A DNA stretch of 64,000 bases from a virus, in IMG/VR virus record IMGVR_UViG_3300000176_000001, one strand, 5' to 3'. The position numbers were made by a program, and so were the translations under genes. Numbering within the stretch: position 1 is the first letter of the stretch; every line of letters starts with the position of its first letter. Shown piece after piece: positions 40,451-51,277 of this stretch. Below the pieces are notes generated by a model. It was given only the letters and a program-made list of their open reading frames with translations. It was not told the DNA's origin and made no database searches.

Positions 40451-41836
40451 TCATTTGAACCCCGCAAACTTTGATTTATCGAACTTAGGTTTAGATCTCT
40501 CATTGTCTTCATGGCCGAACTTAGTCGTATCCATGATAGGCACGTCAATATCTGCTTCGTCTGTATCAAATAATCTCATCTTACTCCTGTCAACTCCCAA
40601 CACAAACTTCTTTATGCTGTTAGGATCAGCATAACGATTCTTCAGCTGCTTAACCATGATCTGACTTGACTCTGCCAACTCATCGGTAGAGATGAGTGCA
40701 AACATCAGATCTGCGGTAGCAGGAAGACCAAACGACTCTGAGGTGTCCTCGAGTCCAACATCACTGTTAGAGTAGCCAGACCTGGTGGTCTGTGTGGCTG
40801 ATATAAGTGGAACGTTAAACTCAACTGCTAGTCCACGAAGCTCCTCGGCGATAGCCTTGACATACGTGTATGAGTTAACGTTAGCACCAGCCTTCAAGCG
40901 TGACGACATGCATATATTTAGATAATCGACATATATAACATCTGGAATAAAGTTGCGCTTGATCTTCAGCTCGTTGAGTAAGTGCCTAAAGTTACCAGAG
41001 CCGGCACACGCTGTAGGATATTCCTTGATGATAAGTTTGCCCTTAGTCTTCTCACGAAGCTTGACTACCTTACGATCGTACATATCTTTCGGCATGTCTT
41101 TAAGCTGTGCGATATCGATGTCAAGTAAGTTAGCATCAATACGCTCTGCGATCTTCTCTTCAGACATCTCTAGAGTGATGTATAGAACATTGAGACCAGC
41201 CATGAGGTTAGCCGATGCGCAATGACACATGAAGAGCGATTTACCGACACCTGTACCGGCGAGAGCAATGTTGAGTGTCTTTCGTGGAAGACCGCCCTGC
41301 GTAATCTTATTAAAGTAGTCGAGGTCGAACGGTATGCGGACTTCCTTTGAGTGGTAAAACTCAAAACGGCCATCCGCATCTTCAAGGAAGTCATGCCCGA
41401 TGTGAGTGTCAAATGATACAGCCAAGGAATCTGAGAGAATTTGGGGAATAGAACCCTTCGACTTAGCTCCTGTCTTGTCATCCAAGATCTGGATCGAGGA
41501 CATGATCGCGTTGTATACGGCCTTCTCTTGACAGAACTTTTCTGTCTGGTCGAGTAGCCAGTCGATCTTCGTTTTATCATCTGTCGATAAGCCATCGACT
41601 AACTCCTTAGACTTATCATACGTCTCTTGACTAATGTTATCTTGATTACGAAGGTCTACGAGTAGAGCCTCCTTAGTAGGAAAGGAGTTGTACTTGTCGA
41701 CATACGTGTTAATGAGTTTAAATACATTCTTGTCTGTGAAGTCAGAGAAGTACTCATCCTTCAAAAACGGTATTACCTTGCGGCCGTAATCCTGGTTCAA
41801 TATCAAGTTGCTGAATATTAACTTTTCGATACTCAT
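40451..41836 (-). CDS. Replicative helicase (T4 gp41-like)
   Basis: AGTGVGKS, TLEM.EE, KEYPT, VDYLNI, ATQTTR, QLKNRY. Confidence 0.96.
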   Translation of the reverse strand: MSIEKLIFSNLILNQDYGRKVIPFLKDEYFSDFTDKNVFKLINTYVDKYNSFPTKEALLVDLRNQDNISQETYDKSKELVDGLSTDDKTKIDWLLDQTEKFCQEKAVYNAIMSSIQILDDKTGAKSKGSIPQILSDSLAVSFDTHIGHDFLEDADGRFEFYHSKEVRIPFDLDYFNKITQGGLPRKTLNIALAGTGVGKSLFMCHCASANLMAGLNVLYITLEMSEEKIAERIDANLLDIDIAQLKDMPKDMYDRKVVKLREKTKGKLIIKEYPTACAGSGNFRHLLNELKIKRNFIPDVIYVDYLNICMSSRLKAGANVNSYTYVKAIAEELRGLAVEFNVPLISATQTTRSGYSNSDVGLEDTSESFGLPATADLMFALISTDELAESSQIMVKQLKNRYADPNSIKKFVLGVDRSKMRLFDTDEADIDVPIMDTTKFGHEDNERSKPKFDKSKFAGFK

Positions 41837-41990
41837 CTAATCTCCCTGCGGCCCGCTCTTTAATCTCTCTCTTCTGCTCTGTATTAGCAGTGTACCAGTC
41901 TGTAGCCTCCTGTGATGATCTACCACAAGAGCTACAGACATAGTCATTCATTCTAAAACAACAAGAACCCTTACAGATGCCGTCTGACAT
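41754..41990 (-). CDS. DUF1289-like Cys-rich protein
   Basis: C..SC...VCSSCGRS..E..DW. Confidence 0.55.
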   Translation of the reverse strand: MSDGICKGSCCFRMNDYVCSSCGRSSQEATDWYTANTEQKREIKERAAGRLDEYRKVNIQQLDIEPGLRPQGNTVFEG

Positions 41991-42166
41991 CTTCTACCTT
42001 AAACACACCATCGGCAAAATTACGAGCAGCACTCTCTACGTAGTGCATACTCTTGTCAGGATACTCGATGTCACCAATATTCACATCGTTATCAATGAAC
42101 TCAATAGATAGTGTTTCTTTGTTTAGGTGTATCTTGGCTACTCGCGTCTTATCGCTATTTGTGTAC

Positions 42167-43216
42167 TCAGTTATCTTCATCGTCATCTCCTAAGATTGCT
42201 CCTCCTGAACCCATCATGTAGCGGTTCTCAATATACTTAGCAAAGTCAGTGTCCTTAAAGAGCTTCATCCAAAACTCTTTATTATCGACGATGTCACCAG
42301 CACGCATACTAGGCGTGTGTACCTCGCCAGTCTCTTTGTCTACTGTAGCATACCAGCCAACTTTTGGCTTAATAATATACCCACCATCAACAGCGATGTC
42401 AAGAAGGCCAGACCATCGATTGATACCGCCCTCATAAGAGATAGTAATTGGAATCTTAGACTTTTCCTTAACATAGCGAGACTTCTCCACATTGATGACG
42501 AAGTGATATCCCTTGATCTCCTTGTCGTCCTTGTCTTGCTGACGACCAAGGATCCAGATATTATCAGATCCATAATAAGAACCTGTACCACCACCGACAA
42601 CATCCTTCGAGTACATCTCAATAGTCTTATAGGTGTGGTTGATGACTACCATAGGAATATCCTTGAGAGTCAAGTGAGGTGTGATCATGCGGAACAGAGA
42701 CTTAAGCTGTTTAGCGCGTGACATATCAGCTACAGACTTACCGTCCATAGCATCATCAACTTCTTTCTTAGAAGCAAGATTGCCAATAGAGTCAATAACG
42801 ATCATGACATGCTCATCGCGTGTCAACTCTTTCATCTGCTGCATGATGTCAAACTTTAACTCCTCGATATCGGTGATAGGAGTATGTACTACAGAGTCAA
42901 ACGGAATACCAAACGTGTTAAAGTATGATTGAGGAGTGCCGAACTCTGAGTCATAGAATAGTACTATACCATCTTTATACTTTTTTAGGAATGCTGACAC
43001 CATTAATAGGGCGAACCCCGTCTTGAAGTGTTTCGATGGACCAGCTAACATCGTAAGGCCTGGTGTTAACCCACCGTCCACTGTCCCAGATAAAGCTACG
43101 TTTATCATTGGCACCGGCGTCGGTATTATGTCTTTCTTTGTGAATATCTTGCTGTCTGTCAGAGTCGACGTCATGTCGATCGTCGAGTTCTTTATTAACT
43201 TGTCTCGTAGTAACAT
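42167..43216 (-). CDS. uvsX: RecA-like recombinase
   Basis: AGPSKHFKT, YDSEFG, DSIGNLASKKE, DMSRAK. Confidence 0.96.
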   Translation of the reverse strand: MLLRDKLIKNSTIDMTSTLTDSKIFTKKDIIPTPVPMINVALSGTVDGGLTPGLTMLAGPSKHFKTGFALLMVSAFLKKYKDGIVLFYDSEFGTPQSYFNTFGIPFDSVVHTPITDIEELKFDIMQQMKELTRDEHVMIVIDSIGNLASKKEVDDAMDGKSVADMSRAKQLKSLFRMITPHLTLKDIPMVVINHTYKTIEMYSKDVVGGGTGSYYGSDNIWILGRQQDKDDKEIKGYHFVINVEKSRYVKEKSKIPITISYEGGINRWSGLLDIAVDGGYIIKPKVGWYATVDKETGEVHTPSMRAGDIVDNKEFWMKLFKDTDFAKYIENRYMMGSGGAILGDDDEDN

Positions 43217-44018
43217 TTATATCTCCAAATACATTACTGTCAATATTCAATATACCATTTTCATCTATATTTGTAAACCTTTTTATTTGTGTTAATCCAT
43301 GATTGGCTGCCAATAAAAGAACCACAGCAAGCGGATCAAAAACAATAACAAGGAGAATAATAACCCACCTAACAGCCAATTCAAGATTTTCAGGTCCAGA
43401 GGTTCCATATAATGCCGCTGCGATATATTTAATCGGTCCAACTTCTGCCTCGAGTTTCTTAATGCCCGAGTCAAGTTTAACTTTTTGTGACTTGAGATTT
43501 GCAATAATCTCTGTATGTTGATTCTTTTGTTTTGTAAGGTCATCACGGATCTTTCTTTGTTTTTCAGCAGCCTGAAGAGAACTAGCGGCTTGACCTTTAT
43601 CAGTCATTTTTGTAACTGCAGCATCAATCTGAGATATTTGTTTATTTAAGTCGTCAATAGTCGCTTGCTCTACATCTATCTTAGTCTGTACTATCTGAGC
43701 ATCATCTGCATTACCAGTAGTTATGTTTATATTCTGCTCTATATGTGCTTTAGACAAGAAGCCAAAAGTACCCATGCTAGTTATAAGCATCAAGACTATA
43801 ACAGCTAATATAAGATATATCTTTAATAATAAAGGGCATTGCTTCCAATTATGGAATAGCCAGGTTGATCCTATAAGTTTACCAACCTCTAAAGCTGTAC
43901 CCATTACTATCACTGGATAGTAGGATGCAGAGAAAATAGCAGTTAGTCCTATGATGCTAAAGTATGCTGATACTCCTGATATGCAGAATGATACCAGCAA
44001 TGCTACGATATTAATCAT
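42975..44018 (-). CDS. Membrane protein with coiled coil
   Basis: Three N-terminal TM segments, TSMGTFGFLSKAH, EVGPIKY, VFDPLAV. Confidence 0.7.
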   Translation of the reverse strand: MINIVALLVSFCISGVSAYFSIIGLTAIFSASYYPVIVMGTALEVGKLIGSTWLFHNWKQCPLLLKIYLILAVIVLMLITSMGTFGFLSKAHIEQNINITTGNADDAQIVQTKIDVEQATIDDLNKQISQIDAAVTKMTDKGQAASSLQAAEKQRKIRDDLTKQKNQHTEIIANLKSQKVKLDSGIKKLEAEVGPIKYIAAALYGTSGPENLELAVRWVIILLVIVFDPLAVVLLLAANHGLTQIKRFTNIDENGILNIDSNVFGDINVTTRQVNKELDDRHDVDSDRQQDIHKERHNTDAGANDKRSFIWDSGRWVNTRPYDVSWSIETLQDGVRPINGVSIPKKV

Positions 44019-44299
44019 TGTCTACGTAGTCGTTTACTTTCTTAATGAATGCCTTTATTTTTTCAGATCTATCAGGCCACAGAATATATGTCTTATCTGG
44101 ATCTTTTGAGAGATTATTAAGCAGCGGCATTATCATATCGCGTAAGCCATGTAGTTTGTCTGTTAAGTCTGATGTAGTCTGTATTACTACCTTAGACTGC
44201 TCCTCAACTTTCTTTTTAAGCATTTCCTCGTGTGCTCGAAGCTCTTGCTCTGATACTAAACTAAAACCAAAATCATCTTCACTCATTGTGTTACCTTTC

Positions 44300-46801
44300 T
44301 TAGCCAAAGAAGCTCTCCAAGTTTGCGACCTTCTCGGTCTGCCAACCGATGATGTTAGTGATAGACTTGAGCGGGTCGAGGAAGGCCTTCTCGAACTGCA
44401 TGTTACGATCAATGTACTTATCAATATTTAACTCAGGTGGAAGAGTGTCAGGTGCAGAGATCACGCTATCTCCAATAGGATTAGGGAACTTAAGATACGC
44501 AAATTTAATCTTGTCGCCGTTCTTGATAGGAGCGACATTCTTAACCTGATTGCGTTGTATAGCATGGTTAAACAGTAGTGCACCTTTGACTTGAATAGGT
44601 GTACCCTTCTCGTAGATAGTCCTAGAGTTGCGGTACTTCTCCATACCCTTAATACCACGAGGGAATGCCACCTGCTCAAATGGAAACTCCATAAACTTAG
44701 CACGGAAATCTTCAATGAACAGCTGAAGATCGTCTTCAGACTTATTCATGATGATAGTGAGTGCCTTCTTAATGTTCTCACGGCAAGAGTAAGGAGTAGA
44801 AGACCGCACAGCCGATAGCCCCGAAATCTTTAGCTTAGGCTCATCGTACTGTACACCCTCGATGTTCCATGCATTGAGCATGTACATCTTCTTGGCAATC
44901 CATATACCCTTGCTGGCGATCGTCTCACGCTTCATCTGCATCTTCTGCTGACGAGCATTCATCATGTCAGCGAGCTGCTGATAGCACTCGTTCATGTAAG
45001 GCTGAATGCGAGCCTCGATGAACTCATCTAGCATCTGAACGATCTTTAGCTCATCAGTCTCACCAGCCCAGCATACAAGACCGTCAAGCTCGATATAGAT
45101 GGAGTCAGTGTCAGAGGCGATGATGTAGTCCTTATTAGTCTTGAGCATCTTGTTTAAGAACTCATTCATCTTCTTCTCAATCCAGCGAATAGACAGCTGG
45201 CCAGATGTAGTTATGGCCTCCGCGTTGTTGAAGCTAAACCACCTGAAGTATTCATTCCCCAGTGCACCATAAGCAGAGTTGAGCTGAATCTTTTTTGCAA
45301 GTTGCATATTGTGGTAACGCGCGACGAGTTTGGCATCTTCACTAGACTTGGTTTTTTCGTATTTCTTTTTTGCCTCAAGCATCTTTTTCTTATACATCGA
45401 GCGGTCATTATACATCTTCTCCATTAGTGCAGGAAGGAACCCTTGTTTGTCTCTCTTGTATGCACAACCATTAGCAGCCCAAGAGAAACCCTCACCATTA
45501 CCTTCTGCGTAGTTATACTCACCAGACAAGAGTTGATCGATAGATGGGAATGATCCGGCACGAGCGTATAATGTTTCCGGACTAATATTGTACTGCATGA
45601 TAAGGTGAGGGTACAGCGAGTTTAAGTCAAACGACACGACCCACTTGCTAAGACCGACCTTAGGATCCTTAACATGACCACCGACTAAAGCCATAGGCAT
45701 AGCGTGTTTTGTAGATTGAGGGATGACAATATTCTGATCTAACAGATAGTTGTGTATGATAATATCCCATGGCTTGACAGTCGCCATAGTGTCATTGTAG
45801 TTGACCTTAGCATCGTACGCTAGAGCCATGACCTGCTCGATGAGTTTAAGTTTGTCCTCTAGTTTGTCTACGAGTACGCAGTCGTGTATATTATACTCGA
45901 TGAACTTTTGAAAGTCGTTCTTATATAACTCGAGCAGCGACCCGTGCTCAGAGTAGTCTATCTTCTTCTCACCGAGTTCCACTTGTGCGATATAGTCAAG
46001 CTTATACGACTCTTGATTTGAGAATGAAAACTTCTTATAGAGTTCTAGATAATCGAGTGAGGCGATACCGGCAATATCATACACGATATCTTTTTTACCA
46101 GATCCATTAGCGACTGACTGACCACGTGTAATCTCACGCTCCTGTACAAAACCCCATGGCGATAGCTTGTTAACATCCTTATCGCCTAATAGACGCCGAA
46201 TACGATTGACAAGATAGGGAATATCAAAGAACTCAGTATTCCATCCAGTTAAGATGTCAGGCATCCATGCATCAGACTGCCACACTTGCAGAAACTTCTG
46301 CAAGAGATCATACTCGTCCTCACACTTGAGATAGGAGATCTTAGAGTCATTGGTGTAGAAGTCGCCACAACCAAACACGGCTGACTGACCCTTGCTGCGA
46401 AGAGTGATTGCAGTGATAGCCTTGTCAGCTACTTGAATATTAGGGAAACCATCGTCAGATGCACACTCGATATCGAGTGATACAATATTAATAGTCGAAG
46501 GATCGTATTGTATCTCACCTTTATAGGTGTCATATATGTAAAGATACTGATAGTTAGTGAGGCCATAATACTCAAAATTGTCTACACCCTCATAGCGCTT
46601 GACAAAGTCGCGGGCCTCATACGCGCTATCAAAGTTTAACTTATCAACAGACTTACCATCTAGTGTCCTGTACTTACCCTTCTCAGATGGAAGGAATAGA
46701 TATGGCTTATACTTTATGACTTCTTTAGTTCGGATACCCATATCGTATCCGCGGCAGTACACTTTACCACCGCGGAGAAATACGTCTGTGTAAAACTTCA
46801 T
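44300..46801 (-). CDS. Family B DNA polymerase (T4 gp43-like)
   Basis: DIEC exo I, FDIPY, SFDLNSLYP, KIQLNSAYG, SDTDS. Confidence 0.98.
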   Translation of the reverse strand: MKFYTDVFLRGGKVYCRGYDMGIRTKEVIKYKPYLFLPSEKGKYRTLDGKSVDKLNFDSAYEARDFVKRYEGVDNFEYYGLTNYQYLYIYDTYKGEIQYDPSTINIVSLDIECASDDGFPNIQVADKAITAITLRSKGQSAVFGCGDFYTNDSKISYLKCEDEYDLLQKFLQVWQSDAWMPDILTGWNTEFFDIPYLVNRIRRLLGDKDVNKLSPWGFVQEREITRGQSVANGSGKKDIVYDIAGIASLDYLELYKKFSFSNQESYKLDYIAQVELGEKKIDYSEHGSLLELYKNDFQKFIEYNIHDCVLVDKLEDKLKLIEQVMALAYDAKVNYNDTMATVKPWDIIIHNYLLDQNIVIPQSTKHAMPMALVGGHVKDPKVGLSKWVVSFDLNSLYPHLIMQYNISPETLYARAGSFPSIDQLLSGEYNYAEGNGEGFSWAANGCAYKRDKQGFLPALMEKMYNDRSMYKKKMLEAKKKYEKTKSSEDAKLVARYHNMQLAKKIQLNSAYGALGNEYFRWFSFNNAEAITTSGQLSIRWIEKKMNEFLNKMLKTNKDYIIASDTDSIYIELDGLVCWAGETDELKIVQMLDEFIEARIQPYMNECYQQLADMMNARQQKMQMKRETIASKGIWIAKKMYMLNAWNIEGVQYDEPKLKISGLSAVRSSTPYSCRENIKKALTIIMNKSEDDLQLFIEDFRAKFMEFPFEQVAFPRGIKGMEKYRNSRTIYEKGTPIQVKGALLFNHAIQRNQVKNVAPIKNGDKIKFAYLKFPNPIGDSVISAPDTLPPELNIDKYIDRNMQFEKAFLDPLKSITNIIGWQTEKVANLESFFG

Positions 46802-46816
46802 AACAACTCCAATTAA

Positions 46817-47428
46817 TCAACTGAAGAGTTTAAGTGCCTCTTCATATAGAGCAGTGCGCTCTTCAAGTCCTATAGTACCACCATTGATACGTTTTGTACA
46901 ATGAATAATATCACCCGAGTCAGCTAATTCATTTAAATTATTTACACTCCAAAACCAACCCGCAGACATAGCTGCTCCTTCTTGTGTTTCTAGATACTCT
47001 ACAGCGTCATCAGGAACCATTCCCATGTCTTTTGCAAAATGAGAATAATTTGCTCTTCCTGTAAGTTGTATAAGACCACGGCCCCTAAACTTATATCCAT
47101 CACCAGAATCTTCATCACCATTTCCCATACGATTAGCATAGACACGATTAGCTATTTTCTCCGGATTATGGGCATAATCATCAGGATCTACATCATGAAA
47201 ATATTTTGGAAATGTACGTGTTAATCCTTCTGACTTATAATTTAAATTCTCTTGTGTGTGATTAAGTCCACCAGACTCATGGCCAACTTGTGCAAGAAAC
47301 ATAGCAATTCTTTGTGGTGTATTAATTTCAAATTTATCACATGCCTTGTTAAGTGGCTCAACGAATGAATCTATAATAGATTCTTTTGTGTCCTCAAAGA
47401 AGGACTCTAGATGATCTTTTGTAATCAT
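46817..47428 (-). CDS. GH19 chitinase-like endolysin
   Basis: FLAQVGHESGG, ENLNY, FRGRGLIQLTGR.NY, TKRINGG..GL. Confidence 0.92.
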   Translation of the reverse strand: MITKDHLESFFEDTKESIIDSFVEPLNKACDKFEINTPQRIAMFLAQVGHESGGLNHTQENLNYKSEGLTRTFPKYFHDVDPDDYAHNPEKIANRVYANRMGNGDEDSGDGYKFRGRGLIQLTGRANYSHFAKDMGMVPDDAVEYLETQEGAAMSAGWFWSVNNLNELADSGDIIHCTKRINGGTIGLEERTALYEEALKLFS

Positions 47429-47514
47429 AATAATTCTCCAAAAATGATAATGGGGCATTGCGCCCCATTATTTATTACTTGCATCCCTCATTGATGATTA
47501 CGAGTTCATCTTCA

Positions 47515-47682
47515 TTATAGGGCCACATTGATAGCCTCACGAGAAATTCTGTTGATATCACAACGGTTAATACCAATATCAGCAAGATCTCTATCTGTTA
47601 GCTGATTAAGTTCTATGCGCGTGCGTCTTATTCTCTCCTCGCGCTTAAGCCAGGAGTTTATCTTTTCTAGTATCTGTGTCAT
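47515..47682 (-). CDS. DUF1127 (YjiS-like) small protein, 55 aa, absent from the ORF track
   Basis: Hand translation: MTQILEKINSWLKREERIRRTRIELNQLTDRDLADIGINRCDI... Confidence 0.85.
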   Translation of the reverse strand: MTQILEKINSWLKREERIRRTRIELNQLTDRDLADIGINRCDINRISREAINVAL

Positions 47683-47684
47683 TT

Positions 47685-48182
47685 TTAGTCCTTAGTTTTA
47701 ATTTTATCTGTAGAAGTGACTTCTGTGATGTCGATCTTCTTGGGTTTCTTGTCCTCTGGAATGATGTGCTCAAGCCAAATCTTCAATAGACCATTAACTA
47801 AGGCAGCATTATTAACAACAACATTATCGGCTAGTGTGAACGAGCGAGTAAATGGGCGATCAGAGATGCCCTTGTGCAAGAAAGATTGATTAATACCATC
47901 TTCAACTAGTGTATCGACTGTAGTAGAACCCTTAACAATAAGCTTGTTATCTTCAAGAGTCATCTCTAGGTCTTGCTTGCCGAAGCCAGCAACAGCCATC
48001 TCGATAACATAAACATTATCGTCTGTCTTTTTTAAGTTGAATGGTGGATATGTAGCCATAGATGAGTTAGCTAGGTAGTTCGCTGTCTCTGTGAGACGGT
48101 CGGCAAACTTATCTGCGCCGACAAAGAACTTATTGAACTTATCGAGTTCTGCGAAAGTGTGATCGAATAGAAATTTAGTCAT
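47685..48182 (-). CDS. Small heat shock protein (IbpA/Hsp20)
   Basis: YPPFNL, IEMAVAGF, LHKGI..R.F.RSFTL, NGLL.I.LE..IPE. Confidence 0.93.
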   Translation of the reverse strand: MTKFLFDHTFAELDKFNKFFVGADKFADRLTETANYLANSSMATYPPFNLKKTDDNVYVIEMAVAGFGKQDLEMTLEDNKLIVKGSTTVDTLVEDGINQSFLHKGISDRPFTRSFTLADNVVVNNAALVNGLLKIWLEHIIPEDKKPKKIDITEVTSTDKIKTKD

Positions 48183-48240
48183 GTAGACCTCCTGTTAGGC
48201 AAGGTTAATAATACAACGGAACCCGAAGCGATCCGTCATA
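48183..48240 (-). promoter_or_regulatory. ROSE-like RNA thermometer leader
   Basis: Two hairpins; the 3' one, ACCTTGCCT-AAC-AGGAGGT, sequesters the SD with a bulge. Confidence 0.5.
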
Positions 48241-49246
48241 TACTATATATGTATCCAGAGTGAGTTTGTTAACCCCCTCAGTGATATTTTTTTCTAAGTT
48301 TTTCTTCAGTAGTAACCATTAGATTTTGCATGTTTGTATCACACAGAAATACCGGTGTTAAACCGACCATCCTAAAACTCTGTGCACCCTTAAGTAGCAT
48401 AGAAAAATTATTATCAGGATCTTCTTTCTCCATGTCTTTGGCGGCTTTAATCACCATCTCCTCAGGCATGACCATTAAGTTACTTACTCGTAATCCATAG
48501 ACTGTGTCCATTGGAACTCCTTATTATTATTATTTTTAGTCCCACAACCCTCTATAGTATTTACCAAAAAGGATAAGTCCATTGGAGATACGAGCATTCC
48601 ACTTATCGTATCCCTCTCTGTCAAACTCGTGTGTATTGTTTGGTCCGTGGACCATCTCATACATCTTCTTACCGTTGATCTCAGTCTCTTCCCACCTAAT
48701 ATCATAGTTACCAGTATGGAATTGTGAGTCGGCATTTTCATCGAGAATCTGAGAGAATGCCCAGATCATCTCGTCGAGTACCCACTTCCATCTGTCGTGA
48801 TGATTGTCATCTGTGTCATACTCATTCTCTTTTGGAGGAGCAGCGGTTGACTTTAAATAATCGGGAACATCCTCGTCATCAACGAGCGGGGATCCATGCA
48901 TTACTTCTCTTAACTTGACAAGAGTAGGATGGATTATATAGGCAAGAGTATGATCCGCAGACCATACATCATATCCATCAATATGAACTTTAATCTTACG
49001 GTTCTTCCATGCAAAGAACTTATTGATTGTGATATTTAGTACGTCTTGCCACTTATCGATCAGCCAGATAACTGTCTTGTCCAGCTTAGTGTACTCTTCC
49101 TCCTCGACTTGCCAGCCGTACTCAACCTTGTGCATCATAGCCAAGTATGATTTTTCAAATTCGTGTGTTGACCAGTGAGGAACGTAGGGTCCAAGATATA
49201 CTTTCATGTCGATATCCTATAAATACAAAAAAATGGGAGGTTCATT

Positions 49247-49588
49247 ATGGTTGCAAGACTACAGTTTTATATATTCATATTTGTCATACTATCGAGCGGA
49301 TTTGCTTATTGGAAAACCCAAATAGAAAAGCAAGCTTTAATGGCATATAACCAGAAGCAGCTTGAGCAGGTCATGAAAGACCAGCAGGCTTTCCAGGCCA
49401 AGATGGACGAGTTAAATTCCAAACAAAAAGATATTGAGAAAGATCTAACTGCGCAAAATCAAGAGATCGATACAAAGATGAAGAGTCTCGAAGATTATTT
49501 ATACTCAGCAGAGACAAAGCTGCTTGAGAAGCCAGCTACGATAATCTTAAAGAATACTATGTCCCAAATGAAGGGAAATACGAAATGA
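49247..49588 (+). CDS. Inner-membrane spanin (Rz-like)
   Basis: N-terminal TM plus coiled coil; late promoter; overlaps a lipoprotein gene. Confidence 0.7.
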   Translation: MVARLQFYIFIFVILSSGFAYWKTQIEKQALMAYNQKQLEQVMKDQQAFQAKMDELNSKQKDIEKDLTAQNQEIDTKMKSLEDYLYSAETKLLEKPATIILKNTMSQMKGNTK

Positions 49589-49863
49589 AGAAGTTAATCC
49601 CACTCGTAGCAATAGTTCTTTCAGGCTGCCAGACTGCTGATGTACAGATGTTGACTACTAAGGAGCAAGTCGTCATAACACCCAGTGAGTCTATGTATAA
49701 CTGCCCAACAATTAGTAGTCTACCGGATCCCAAGACACTTACTGATCTTCAAGTAGCAAAGGTATTATTTGAGTTAAACAAGAATAACAGTGTCTGTAAA
49801 AATAGTATCACCTCCATCAAGAAATATCTTGAGGAGGCTAAGAAGACTGTTGAGAAGAAGTAA
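49585..49863 (+). CDS. Outer-membrane spanin (Rz1-like lipoprotein)
   Basis: Lipobox VLSG-C, Pro-rich, two further Cys. Confidence 0.75.
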   Translation: MKKLIPLVAIVLSGCQTADVQMLTTKEQVVITPSESMYNCPTISSLPDPKTLTDLQVAKVLFELNKNNSVCKNSITSIKKYLEEAKKTVEKK

Positions 49864-49981
49864 CGTAGCTATTTGCTACCGTTAACGAATTGGTTATGAT
49901 TACAACTCGATTGTTACGTGTTATGATGTATTGTCTCTTCCCCCGAGAAGATATACGAACACACACGTTGTACATCTCTCA

Positions 49982-50272
49982 TTAGTTACAAAATACACGA
50001 AAGACTGGCCGACCATAAAAGTCGTAGCCAACTAAAGCACGACGACATACAGGTTCATAATCAAAATACTGTTGCTGATATGGTTGTGCATACCTAGGTT
50101 GGCTCATGCCCTCGAGGATCCCACCAAGTATCATTCCGCCAACCAAGGGTGCAACCCAGTTGCCACCTCCACCACCACGATTGTAGTGATAGTGGTCATG
50201 GCGGTAGTAGCCATCAGCCATAGCTGGTGTGGCTAGTAGGGCAACGGCAGCGATGATCGCTAGCTTACGCAT
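49982..50272 (-). CDS. Secreted Gly/His/Tyr-rich small protein
   Basis: Signal peptide ending AMA; GGGGNWVAPLVGG glycine-zipper-like segment. Confidence 0.6.
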   Translation of the reverse strand: MRKLAIIAAVALLATPAMADGYYRHDHYHYNRGGGGGNWVAPLVGGMILGGILEGMSQPRYAQPYQQQYFDYEPVCRRALVGYDFYGRPVFRVFCN

Positions 50273-50550
50273 GTTAGACTCCAAATGTATCAAGGGGGAT
50301 ACGGGCCGGTTGGGTAGTCATATTAAAGACAGACTCTATGTAGTCCAAGTCGAAGTCGTTGGTGTGAGAAGCTACAAATGTAACTACGTCACGAACGTCT
50401 CCAAGGCCTTCTTCCAAGATGGCACGCAGCACCAAAGTCTCCTGCAATTCCAGCTGGGCAGAGTAACGGTTCATATCTTCTTCGTTCCACATGATCAATC
50501 TCCATATTGGCTATATTCTCAGTGTACACCATATTTAGATTAATGTACAT

Positions 50551-50590
50551 AAAAAAATAGCGCCAGGACGGATCCCAGCGCTATTTTTTT
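50551..50590. terminator. Bidirectional terminator
   Basis: AAAAAAATAGCGC...GCGCTATTTTTTT. Confidence 0.75.
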
Positions 50591-50603
50591 AATGTCAGAA
50601 GTA

Positions 50604-51254
50604 TTAGAACTTGACAGTCAGACCGAGCATAAATTGGTCGCCGGTAGCATTAAAGTTCGATGACGTATCAAAGTTTCGGTAGTACTTAGCACTGACGGCA
50701 TAGGCTGGAGTGACTTCATAGGTCACACCGGTACCTAGCTGGTTGCTCTGATAGCCATAGGTACCGGTATCAAAGGCAGTACGGTAACGATAGCTGACTG
50801 CATTCCATGTAAGCTTATCCATGACCTTGTAGTCTGCGCTTCCGTAGACTGCAACGTATGGGAAGTTAGCAGTAGTGAACTTCTCACCGACACCAACCTT
50901 ACCAGTTACCGAGAGTCCGGTCATTACTGGAAGGGTGTAGCTAGCCTGTGCCTCAAGGTTCTGGTTAAGCTGAGAACCAGGAACCTGGGTTGTCTGTGCC
51001 ATACCACCGATGGCAAAGCCATTACCCAGCTTGTGAGCATAGGTTAGCTGATAGATGTCATCAGTCTTGGAACCTAAGTTGCCAACAGCCGTATCCTGGC
51101 CATAAGCAGCTGTCAAACTATCGGTGCTCTCTGCTGGAACAGCAGCAGCTGCGACTGGGGTAGGCAATGGTGCCTTCTTCTTGTTAGGAAGATCAGTAGC
51201 ATATGCGGATGTTGCTGCAACAAGAGCAGCAATAGTCAATAGGGTCTTCTTCAT
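50604..51254 (-). CDS. Outer-membrane beta-barrel protein (Omp25/RopB-like)
   Basis: Signal peptide, ATDLP.KK.AP linker, alternating beta strands, C-terminal Phe. Confidence 0.8.
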   Translation of the reverse strand: MKKTLLTIAALVAATSAYATDLPNKKKAPLPTPVAAAAVPAESTDSLTAAYGQDTAVGNLGSKTDDIYQLTYAHKLGNGFAIGGMAQTTQVPGSQLNQNLEAQASYTLPVMTGLSVTGKVGVGEKFTTANFPYVAVYGSADYKVMDKLTWNAVSYRYRTAFDTGTYGYQSNQLGTGVTYEVTPAYAVSAKYYRNFDTSSNFNATGDQFMLGLTVKF

Positions 51255-51277
51255 TTAGTACTCCTTGGTTATAATAA

